Below, piece by piece: positions 55,907-63,330 of a stretch of DNA of 64,000 nucleotides. The notes beneath the pieces are model-generated. The model searched no databases. It saw only the letters and a program-made list of their open reading frames with translations, and had not been told where the DNA came from. Position numbers and translations under genes: made by a program. Source of the DNA: Bacillota bacterium (lineage in GTDB: Bacteria; Bacillota; Clostridia; Christensenellales; CAMQZB01). The stretch is taken from contig JAWXUX010000011.1 in NCBI GenBank assembly GCA_044426045.1, positions 760 to 64,759 on the forward strand. Reading direction: 5' to 3'. The number at the start of each line of letters is the position of its first letter. Position 1 is the first letter of the stretch.

Positions 55907-56172
55907 GTGAAAGGTGAAAGGTGAAAGGTGAAAGGTGTGGTAGGCACTACGCTTCGCTCCGTGCACCCCATTATATTTGGCTAGTTTAATAGGAACGTTC
56001 CTATTGAATAGTTGCGTTCCTACAAGTGGTTGCAAATATAATTGAAAAGCACAAGGCAAAGCCGAGTGCATTACCACAACTTTTCACTTTTCACTTTTCA
56101 CTTTTCACTTTAAGCGTAGCGTTTCACTTTAAGCGTAGCGTTTCACTTTAAGCGTAGCGTTTCACCTTTTAC
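55907..56172. repeat. Composite palindromic intergenic element, copy G (type 1 core, mixed arms)
   Basis: Left arm 4x GTGAAAG but right arm 4x TTTTCAC (GTGAAAA type). Followed by 3 tandem 19-bp units TTTAAGCGTAGCGTTTCAC (56109-56165). Confidence 0.9.
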
Positions 56173-56175
56173 CTT

Positions 56176-56194
56176 AAAATCGCTACGCGATTTT
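56176..56194 (-). terminator. Hairpin at the stop of 56193..57056
   Basis: AAAATCGCtacGCGATTTT. Confidence 0.35.
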
Positions 56195-57056
56195 ATCTAT
56201 CGTTTTTCTTTGCTTTCACGATATAGTTGCCGTTTTTTACGTTACCGAACATGTAGTATCCGATGTCGTTGGTTCTTGTTGTTGCGATACATCTTTCGAT
56301 TTGTTTGCTTGTTGCGTTGATTTCGTAAAGACCAACATAAACGCCTGTTTTGATTACGTTATCATATTTCACAAAGCCAGAGATTGTGCCTGTGTTTGTT
56401 TCGGGATCTTTGACGATGATGAGCGTTGAGTTGACGATATTGCCACCCGCGATAGTCACAAGGATTGTGTTTGAAGCCTTATAACCATCTTTTGTTGCAA
56501 CGATGTTATACGCGCCGTCTTCGATTGCGTAAAAAACAAACTCGCCGTCGTCGGCTGAAATTGTTGTTGCAATTGTTTCGTCAGTTTCTGGGTTTTTGAG
56601 ATACACTTTTGCATTTTCCGCTGATGAAGTTTCATCGTTATCGAAAAGTTCTTTGACAATACCTGCAACAGTGCCAAGTTCCATTGTGGTGTCATATTCA
56701 AGTGTCAAATCAACGCTTTGAAGTTCGTTTGGGTTCAAAATGCATGTTTTTGGAATACTGATTGGGCATTTTTTCGATGTGCATGCGATTGAATACGTTC
56801 CGCTTGCAAGGTCTTCGAAAATATATTTACCAGAGGCATCTGTCAAAACGTGGAGATACGGTTTGCCGTTTTCGTCGAATAATTTGACCGTTGCACCTTC
56901 TGCTGGATTGCCGTCTTGGTCAGTAACCGTTCCTTCAATTCCTGAAGAGTCGTTTTCTGATTCCGCAAGCGACAGTGTCACTTCAAATTCTTCCTTATCT
57001 TGCAATGTGAATTCATCACTATACACCAATTTGTATTTATCTTTTATAATTGCCAT
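56193..57056 (-). CDS. Protein with three carboxypeptidase-regulatory-like (CarboxypepD_reg-type beta-sandwich) repeats, no signal peptide
   Basis: 287 aa with three repeats of G.V.G.V.D..G.P...A.V.L.......TD..G.Y.F..L..G.Y. Confidence 0.65.
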   Translation of the reverse strand: MAIIKDKYKLVYSDEFTLQDKEEFEVTLSLAESENDSSGIEGTVTDQDGNPAEGATVKLFDENGKPYLHVLTDASGKYIFEDLASGTYSIACTSKKCPISIPKTCILNPNELQSVDLTLEYDTTMELGTVAGIVKELFDNDETSSAENAKVYLKNPETDETIATTISADDGEFVFYAIEDGAYNIVATKDGYKASNTILVTIAGGNIVNSTLIIVKDPETNTGTISGFVKYDNVIKTGVYVGLYEINATSKQIERCIATTRTNDIGYYMFGNVKNGNYIVKAKKNDR

Positions 57057-57109
57057 AATATGGTTCTCCTTTGCTTTCGCAATGTGTGTTTTTGGTTCTC
57101 ACCATACCC

Positions 57110-57137
57110 CATTATATGAATTGTTATTTTGTTTGGT
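57110..57137 (-). promoter_or_regulatory. Sigma-K-like promoter candidate for 56193..57056
   Basis: Minus strand AC-N17-CATATAATG (Bacillus sigma-K consensus AC-N16/17-CATAnnnTA). No sigma-A -35 is present. Confidence 0.3.
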
Positions 57138-57229
57138 GTGAAATTTTGCCTTTCTTAAAAGAATTTTTCCCAAAATTAAGGTTACTTTAAAGTTTGAGAT
57201 TTATTCTTTTATTAAGCAAAACACTAGTC

Positions 57230-57257
57230 ACATTTTGAAGCCACCTCGCATAATATC
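57230..57257 (+). promoter_or_regulatory. Sigma-K-like promoter candidate for 57279..57905
   Basis: AC-N17-CATAATATC. Confidence 0.25.
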
Positions 57258-57278
57258 AAGCAAAGCGGGAGGTTAAAA

Positions 57279-57905
57279 ATGGAAAAATTTTATACGGATA
57301 TCATGGCGGGAATTGCCCTTGAAGAGGCGGGGATTGCACACATTTTGAATGCGGAAGGTGAAAAAATTCAGCTTGCCGTTGCAAATTGTAGCAATATTTG
57401 CGAGCTTTTGGAAGTCAATGCTTCGGTTGCTTGCACGATTGAGGAGATTATGTGGCTTGAATTTATTTCATACCACAAAATGAAAACTCTGCTGGGCTGT
57501 TGCAGTTGCCAAAATTGCAAGGAAGAAAAACCACCACGGAAAAAGCCTTGCTGTGACGAAAAAAAGAAATGTCCACCAAAAGCGCCCTGCAAAAAATGTG
57601 GCGGGGGTGAGACTGGGGATTGCTTGCCAATAAAAGAAAAGCCAAACTGCTCTTGTAGGGTAGAAATTTGCGGTCGCGTTTTTAAAGCGAACGGCGAAAT
57701 TGCAACTTGCGGAGTTGTGACTGCTAACGGAAATGGCGTGGTTTCAACGGAAATTTGCTCGGATGGTAGGTATTTTTTGAAAAACCTGAACCCAACGACT
57801 AAACTTGTTGTCAATGCACATTCGAATTGCGGAAAAACTGGTTCTTTTCTTTTGAAAAAACCGTTTAAAAATTCTTATCAAATAGATATGTTTTTGGACG
57901 GTTAA
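57279..57905 (+). CDS. Cys/Lys/Pro-rich protein: N-terminal AHILNAEGEKIQ helical domain plus C-terminal beta-sandwich-like domain
   Basis: 208 aa. The N-terminal ~75 aa are homologous to the 58029..58394 product. Linker CCSCQNCKEEKPPRKKPCCDEKKKCPPKAPCKKCGGG. GGGAGG SD. Confidence 0.6.
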   Translation: MEKFYTDIMAGIALEEAGIAHILNAEGEKIQLAVANCSNICELLEVNASVACTIEEIMWLEFISYHKMKTLLGCCSCQNCKEEKPPRKKPCCDEKKKCPPKAPCKKCGGGETGDCLPIKEKPNCSCRVEICGRVFKANGEIATCGVVTANGNGVVSTEICSDGRYFLKNLNPTTKLVVNAHSNCGKTGSFLLKKPFKNSYQIDMFLDG

Positions 57906-57950
57906 TTCACTTTATATGGTGATTTAAACTCTTACTTCTTTTTTATTAGC

Positions 57951-57980
57951 AAAAAACATCCCAAAAGTGGGATGTTTTTT
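57951..57980. terminator. Bidirectional intrinsic terminator between convergent genes
   Basis: AAAAAACATCCCAaaagTGGGATGTTTTTT. Confidence 0.7.
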
Positions 57981-58028
57981 GTTTTTTTTATTTGTTTTTG
58001 CTTGATTTTGTTTGTTTTTGGCTTGCTT

Positions 58029-58394
58029 TTATAAAGCTTCTGCTGTTTTGCTGACTTCTGTTTCGTCTTTAACGATAACTTCTTCTTCCACAACTTCGAC
58101 TTCTTCCTTAACTTCTTCGTCACATTTGCAAAGACAATCGGTGAACAATCCTAGTTTTGAAATCAAAATCTTTTCAAGTTCGGCAACAGTCCCAACCATG
58201 TCGGACACAGAATTGTTGAATTCGAGAAGCTGTTCGCTTGTCACCTCTTTATCCGCAACAACACGTTGAATTTTTTCGCCCTCCGCATTCAAAATATGTG
58301 CAAGAGCTGCTTGTTCAAGTGCAACTGATGCAATGATATCTGTTATGGCTTCGCAACGAGTTACCCCGCTTGTTTCAATTACTGGCATTCCCAT
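58029..58394 (-). CDS. Small protein with AHILNAEGEKIQ helical domain and acidic tail
   Basis: 121 aa. TDIIASVALEQAALAHILNAEGEKIQ...CLCKCDEE followed by an E/V-rich tail. AAAGGAGAAAC SD. Confidence 0.6.
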   Translation of the reverse strand: MGMPVIETSGVTRCEAITDIIASVALEQAALAHILNAEGEKIQRVVADKEVTSEQLLEFNNSVSDMVGTVAELEKILISKLGLFTDCLCKCDEEVKEEVEVVEEEVIVKDETEVSKTAEAL

Positions 58395-58433
58395 TTTTAG
58401 TTTCTCCTTTTTGGTTTATGCCTTATTATATGC

Positions 58434-58462
58434 AAAGGGGGGAGGGGGAGGTGCTGGGGTGG
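58434..58462 (-). promoter_or_regulatory. Sigma-K-like promoter candidate for 58029..58394
   Basis: Minus strand AC-N18-CATATAATA. Confidence 0.3.
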
Positions 58463-58516
58463 GTGCAGATTTTTTTTGTTGAGAGGATTTAGAATATAAT
58501 GTTATAGTTTTTTAAA

Positions 58517-58730
58517 GTGAAAAGTGAAAGGTGAAAGGTGAAAGGTGTGGTAATGCACTCGCTTTGCTCGTGCTTTCAATGTTTAAAAATATAAATAGTT
58601 GCAAACAACTTTTGTCGTTTGCAACTTATTTTAGTTTTGTATTCAATTTTGGGTGCACGGAGCGTTAGCGTAGTGCCTACCACACCTTTCACCTTTCACC
58701 TTTCACCTTTCACCTTAGCGAAGCGTTTTA
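58517..58730. repeat. Composite palindromic intergenic element, copy H (type 2 core)
   Basis: GTGAAAA + 3x GTGAAAG, GTGTGGTAATGCAC..., core stem AGTTGCAAAC/GTTTGCAACT, ...GTGCCTACCACAC, 4x CTTTCAC, TTAGCGAAGCGTT. Confidence 0.9.
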
Positions 58731-58736
58731 CTCAAT

Positions 58737-58775
58737 AAAAAACTCCCCATCTTGCGACAGGGAGTACTTTTTTTA
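58737..58775 (-). terminator. Intrinsic terminator after the EF-G paralog
   Basis: Minus strand ACTCCC-N12-GGGAGT followed by TTTTTTATT. Confidence 0.6.
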
Positions 58776-60839
58776 TTTCTCTTTCTCTTCTTCATAAGCT
58801 TTAACAACTTTTCTTGTTACTTCTTCTGGAGCGGATTCGTATCTTTCGAAATGCATTGTGTATTTGCCCCTGCCTTGCGTGATTTGGCGAAGGTCTGTTG
58901 CGTATCTGAGCATTTCAGCTTGTGGAACTTCCGCTGTCACAACTTGGCGACCTTCTGCGTTTGTTTCCATGCCCAGAATTCTTCCGCGACGTTTGTTCAT
59001 GTCGCTCATAATACCGCCTGTGTATTCATCATTGACGATGATTTCCGCTGTCATGATTGGTTCAAGCAAAATAGGAGATGCGTTTTTGAGTTCTTTGAAC
59101 GCTTGACTTGCCGCCATTTTGAAGGCTACTTCAGATGAATCGACATCGTGATATTTGCCGTCAAAAACAACTGCTTTCAAGTTCACAACTGGGCATCCCG
59201 CTTGGATACCTTTCAAAAGACATTCGCGGATACCTTTTTCAATAGCTGGGATATATTGTTTTGGCACTGCCCCGCCAACAACTTCGCTTGCAAACTCGAA
59301 TTCACCTTCGTAAAGTGGTTCAAATCTCATTTTGCAGACGCCGTATTGACCGCCACCACCAGATTGTTTGATGTGTTTGCCTTCCGCTTCGATTTTCTTT
59401 CTTATTGTTTCGCGATATGAAATCTTTGGAGTTTCCAAAAGCGCTTCAACCTTGAATTTTGATTGCAATTTTTTGCAGATGATGTCAAGGTGAGTTTCAC
59501 CCATACCTGAAAGCAATGTTTGATTTGTTTCGGCGTTCTTTTCGATTGTGAAAGTCACGTCTTCTTCTGCTATTCTGTAAAGTCCTTGGATGACTTTTTC
59601 TTCTTGTTTAGAATCTTTTGCTGTCACAGCAAGGGTCATCATTGGTTTTGGGAATTCGATTTCAGGATATTTCATGCCAAACTTTTCGCTTGCAAGAGTG
59701 TCGCCTGTGTTTGTGTTTTGAAGTTTTGCAATCGCACCGATATCACCCGCGCAAAGGCAATCAATAGCCTTTTGTTTTTTGCCTTTCATAACAAGCGGTG
59801 CAGAGATTTTTTCAGTTTTGCCAGTTGTCATATTGATAAGGCTGTCGCCTGGCTTTAGCATACCTGTCATCACTTTCACGATATTCATTTTGCCAACGAA
59901 TGGGTCTGCGATTGTTTTGAAAACTTTCACTGATGTCGCGCCTTCTTCTGAAATTGTGACTGCAACTTCGTTGCCTTCGCCATCAATCGCTTTCACATGA
60001 GTGTTTTCGCCTGGCTCGGGCATCACGCGCACGATTTGATCCATCAAGTTGAAAACGCCTTTGTTTGCTGTTGCAGATCCGCAAAGGATTGGAACTGTGC
60101 TACCTTCGTTGATACCAATTCTCACGCCTTTGATAACTTCATCATTTGTGAGTTCAATTCCTTCAAAGAATTTGTCAAGCAAGCCTTCGTCGTTTTCCGC
60201 TGCCGCTTCGATAAGTTGTTTATATGCGTTATCCGCGGCTTCTTTATATTCCGCTGGGATGTCGATTTTGTCACGTTTTGTTTCGCCGAACCTATACGCG
60301 CGTTGGCTTAGAATAGAGATATATCCCACCATTTTGCCGTCTTCAAGCATTGGAAGTTGAAGCGGTGCGATTTTGTTGCCAAAAGTTTCTTTGAGGGCGG
60401 CTATTGTGCCTGTTATATCGGCATTTTCCTTATCAACTTGGTTGATGAAAAGCATCATTGGAAGTTTAGCTTTCAAGCATCTTTCGATTGATTTTTCAAG
60501 ACCAACTGTAACTTCGCCCGTTGGACCTGCCACGATGATTGCGCCATCAGCTGCTTGCATGCCTTGATAGATTTCACCCGCGAAATCATAAAAACCTGGA
60601 AGGTCGATAAGATTTAGGCGTAGCTCTTTCCATTCACATGATGCAACTGAAAGTGAAATTGACATTTTTTTCGCAATTTCTTGTTCTTCAAAATCCATGC
60701 ACGTTGTGCCGTCTGTTATTTTACCCATGCGGTCGATTTCGCCAGCGTTATATAAAATCGCTTCGCAAAGTGAAGTTTTACCTTCACCACTGTGACCCAT
60801 GACTGCAATATTCCTTATTTTTTTAGTTTCGTAGCTCAT
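58773..60839 (-). CDS. Elongation factor G family GTPase (stand-alone paralog, not in an rpsL-rpsG-fusA-tuf context)
   Basis: 688 aa. G1 GHSGEGKTS, G3 DLPG; EF-G domains II-V are collinear. Confidence 0.9.
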   Translation of the reverse strand: MSYETKKIRNIAVMGHSGEGKTSLCEAILYNAGEIDRMGKITDGTTCMDFEEQEIAKKMSISLSVASCEWKELRLNLIDLPGFYDFAGEIYQGMQAADGAIIVAGPTGEVTVGLEKSIERCLKAKLPMMLFINQVDKENADITGTIAALKETFGNKIAPLQLPMLEDGKMVGYISILSQRAYRFGETKRDKIDIPAEYKEAADNAYKQLIEAAAENDEGLLDKFFEGIELTNDEVIKGVRIGINEGSTVPILCGSATANKGVFNLMDQIVRVMPEPGENTHVKAIDGEGNEVAVTISEEGATSVKVFKTIADPFVGKMNIVKVMTGMLKPGDSLINMTTGKTEKISAPLVMKGKKQKAIDCLCAGDIGAIAKLQNTNTGDTLASEKFGMKYPEIEFPKPMMTLAVTAKDSKQEEKVIQGLYRIAEEDVTFTIEKNAETNQTLLSGMGETHLDIICKKLQSKFKVEALLETPKISYRETIRKKIEAEGKHIKQSGGGGQYGVCKMRFEPLYEGEFEFASEVVGGAVPKQYIPAIEKGIRECLLKGIQAGCPVVNLKAVVFDGKYHDVDSSEVAFKMAASQAFKELKNASPILLEPIMTAEIIVNDEYTGGIMSDMNKRRGRILGMETNAEGRQVVTAEVPQAEMLRYATDLRQITQGRGKYTMHFERYESAPEEVTRKVVKAYEEEKEK

Positions 60840-60974
60840 TTTAGTTTTTCCCCTTTACTAAAAATTTGAGTGGAAACTTAAAAGCGTTGCAAATACTTGA
60901 ATGCTGATATCTTTTATATCCAAATTATTAATATTCAGTTTTGCTACGCTTTAAGCCTCCAATGATTTTTATCT

Positions 60975-61003
60975 ATTATATACCAAAAATCTCCCAACTT
61001 CAA
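60975..61003 (-). promoter_or_regulatory. Sigma-A-type promoter of the EF-G paralog
   Basis: Minus strand TTGAAG-N17-TATAAT. Implies a ~130-nt leader. Confidence 0.5.
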
Positions 61004-61044
61004 GGGGGTTTTGAAAAAAAGTTTAGAATTTTTTTTAGAAAATT

Positions 61045-61086
61045 AAAAAGCCCCTTATTTTTTGGGGTGATAAAGGGGCTTTTTAT
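61045..61086 (-). terminator. Hairpin downstream of murI
   Basis: AAAAAGCCCCTTAT-N11-ATAAAGGGGCTTTTT, with T-runs on both strands. Confidence 0.45.
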
Positions 61087-61153
61087 TGGGGATTTTGGAG
61101 ATTGCGTTTGGAGATTTTGCTTTGGGGACTTTGATTTTTAAGGTGACTTCTGA

Positions 61154-61903
61154 TCAGTTTATCAAGCTGACATATTTGAGTTTTTCTTTAGTGTTTTCCT
61201 TTGTCATCACAAGTTTCACCGAGCCAAAACCGATTTTTTCCTTTTGAATAGATTTTGCAATGTTGCACGCGGTGCCGTTTATTCCGTCGAAAATTTTCGT
61301 TTCTTCCGAAAAGGCATAGCAAAAAACATCCCGCACCAATGCATAGTGGGTGCAACCCAAGATCAGCGACTGAAATTTTTGGGGATATGCCCGCTTGATT
61401 TTTTTGATTTCACGATATATCGCTTCTTTGTCGCCGATTTTTTCTTCTATTGTCTTGGCAAGGAGTGGGGCTGGGTGGATTATGATTTTGTTTTGAGTGT
61501 CAATAATATCCAGTTTTTCTTTCGCGCTTTCGCATGTTTTGGGCGTTGCTATCAAAAGTGCGTTTTTTATTCGCGGTTTCAAGGCGGATTTGATTTCTGG
61601 CTCTATTCCAAATATTTTTGTTTCGGGGAAAACTCGCCTTATTTCTGAAATGGATTTCGTCGTTATTGTGTTGCACGCGATAACAACGCACTTGGTTGTT
61701 GTTTTCACAACGCTTTCAAGATTTTTTATCACATGCGAGGTGATTTGATTTTGAGTTTTACTGCCGTATGGCATATTCTCGTTATCCGCAAAATAAATAT
61801 AGCTTTCTTTTCTCGCTTTCTCCCTCGTTTTGTTGAGAAGCGCTATTCCGCCGATACCGCTGTCGTAAAAAATGATTTCCTTTATATTGCACCTCCCTCG
61901 CAT
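61154..61903 (-). CDS. murI: Glutamate racemase
   Basis: 249 aa. FYDSGIGG, VIACNT and LGCTHY motifs. The ATG at 61903 lacks an SD. A GGGAGGTG SD precedes an in-frame ATA at 61885, so the start is uncertain. Confidence 0.85.
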   Translation of the reverse strand: MRGRCNIKEIIFYDSGIGGIALLNKTREKARKESYIYFADNENMPYGSKTQNQITSHVIKNLESVVKTTTKCVVIACNTITTKSISEIRRVFPETKIFGIEPEIKSALKPRIKNALLIATPKTCESAKEKLDIIDTQNKIIIHPAPLLAKTIEEKIGDKEAIYREIKKIKRAYPQKFQSLILGCTHYALVRDVFCYAFSEETKIFDGINGTACNIAKSIQKEKIGFGSVKLVMTKENTKEKLKYVSLIN

Positions 61904-62019
61904 TTTTGTGTTTTACAGCGTTTTTCGTGCTGTTTTTCACTGCAAATTTGCTCGTATAAACAAATATATGAAAAAATCACGAATTCGTTGCTAAAATTCA
62001 AAAAAAATCGTTATTTTAC

Positions 62020-62048
62020 TTGCATTTTTTCTATTATTATGATAAAAT
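62020..62048 (+). promoter_or_regulatory. Sigma-A-type promoter of rpsT
   Basis: TTGCAT-N17-TAAAAT with extended TG. Confidence 0.55.
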
Positions 62049-62101
62049 CATGAAGTTAAATATGCAAATTATGTAAATTCAAATATTAAGGAGAGAAAAT
62101 C

Positions 62102-62368
62102 GTGCCAAACATTAAATCAGCTAAAAAACGCGTTCTAGTGACTAAAAAAAGAACTTTGGAAAACAAAATGACTGTTTCTGCAATCAAAACTTCACTTAAA
62201 AAATTCAATGCAGCAGTAGCAGCTAAAGACGTTGCTCTTGCAACTGAACTTTTCAACGCAACTCTTGCTCTTGTTGATCGCGCTTGCAAAAAAGGTATCT
62301 ACCACAGAAATAATGCAGCTAGAAAACAATCAAGCATGCAAAAAGCTTTGAACAGCATTTCTGAATAA
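62102..62368 (+). CDS. rpsT: 30S ribosomal protein S20
   Basis: 88 aa. PNIKSAKKRV N-terminus. GTG start with AAGGAGAG upstream. Confidence 0.95.
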   Translation: MPNIKSAKKRVLVTKKRTLENKMTVSAIKTSLKKFNAAVAAKDVALATELFNATLALVDRACKKGIYHRNNAARKQSSMQKALNSISE

Positions 62369-62396
62369 TCAGAACAATTTTAATTTAAAATAAATC

Positions 62397-62424
62397 GAGC
62401 GTGCAATTTGCACGCTCTTTTTTT
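62397..62424 (+). terminator. Intrinsic terminator after rpsT (shared with the convergent gene)
   Basis: GAGCGTGCaatttGCACGCTC followed by TTTTTTT. Confidence 0.75.
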
Positions 62425-62429
62425 GCTTT

Positions 62430-63329
62430 TTAGTCAAGTTTTGTCACCGCTTTTTGCGGTATTTTAATGCCGATTTTATCACCTATTTTAAAGGTGTTTA
62501 TTATTGGTATTTCTAGTGTTTCGGTTTCAAATTCTATTGTCATTTTATCGTGTTGAACACTTGAAATAACGCCCTCGTATTCACTGCCGATTTCAACCTT
62601 GTTTCCATCCACATAAAAGTTCTGTGTCCCTTTGGCATATATGTTGTTTGGGAACGCAGAAAAGGCTGTTGCGATAGTTGTTGTTGCGGGCTTATTTCTT
62701 ATATTTTGATAGTTATTTTTGTGAATAATACTGCCACAAAGCAATAGGGACACATCGTCTGCACCAAGGTCAAATGGGCGTGACAAAAGCAAAACGCACA
62801 GCGGTTTTTCAGTGTGGTTTTGATAGGCTTTTATCACCTTTTTGAGTGTCAAATATAGCTGTTTTTCACTGCCAATCGCCACAAAAGGACTGTCAAGCAC
62901 AAGAAGACTTGGCGTTTTTTTGAGGGCTTTTATAAGGGTTATTTCAAGCCTTTTTGAAAGTGTAAGTTCGCTGATTTTTTGGCTTTTAATATCGAAAAAA
63001 CCAACCTCAGAAAGGAACTTTTTTGAAAGCTTATTTTGGTGTTTTCCCGCTTGAAAGTTATCCCCTGCGGTCGCATTTTCTTTCAAAAACCAATCGCTTA
63101 AAACGGCGGAAATTTCCGCTTTGGCTAGCTTTTTTGTGAGAATTTCACCATTCAAAGTGATGTTTGTTTGATCTTTTTTCGGGAATAAAAGTAAATCGAG
63201 GAGAGTTGTTTTACCCTCCCCTCGATTTGCAAAGATTATATTTAATCCTTTATTAAATTCGCCATTTAAACCCCTCAATACTTTCGTGTTTGTGATATAT
63301 TCAAATGTGATATTTACAATTTTTAGCAT
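62430..63329 (-). CDS. Degenerate ABC-type ATPase-like protein with MalK/TOBE-like C-terminal domain
   Basis: 299 aa. Walker A-like ANRGEGKTT, weak signature LTLSKR, and Walker B LLVLDSPF (the catalytic Glu position is Ser). C-terminal beta-rich domain. Confidence 0.6.
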   Translation of the reverse strand: MLKIVNITFEYITNTKVLRGLNGEFNKGLNIIFANRGEGKTTLLDLLLFPKKDQTNITLNGEILTKKLAKAEISAVLSDWFLKENATAGDNFQAGKHQNKLSKKFLSEVGFFDIKSQKISELTLSKRLEITLIKALKKTPSLLVLDSPFVAIGSEKQLYLTLKKVIKAYQNHTEKPLCVLLLSRPFDLGADDVSLLLCGSIIHKNNYQNIRNKPATTTIATAFSAFPNNIYAKGTQNFYVDGNKVEIGSEYEGVISSVQHDKMTIEFETETLEIPIINTFKIGDKIGIKIPQKAVTKLD

Positions 63330-63330
63330 T

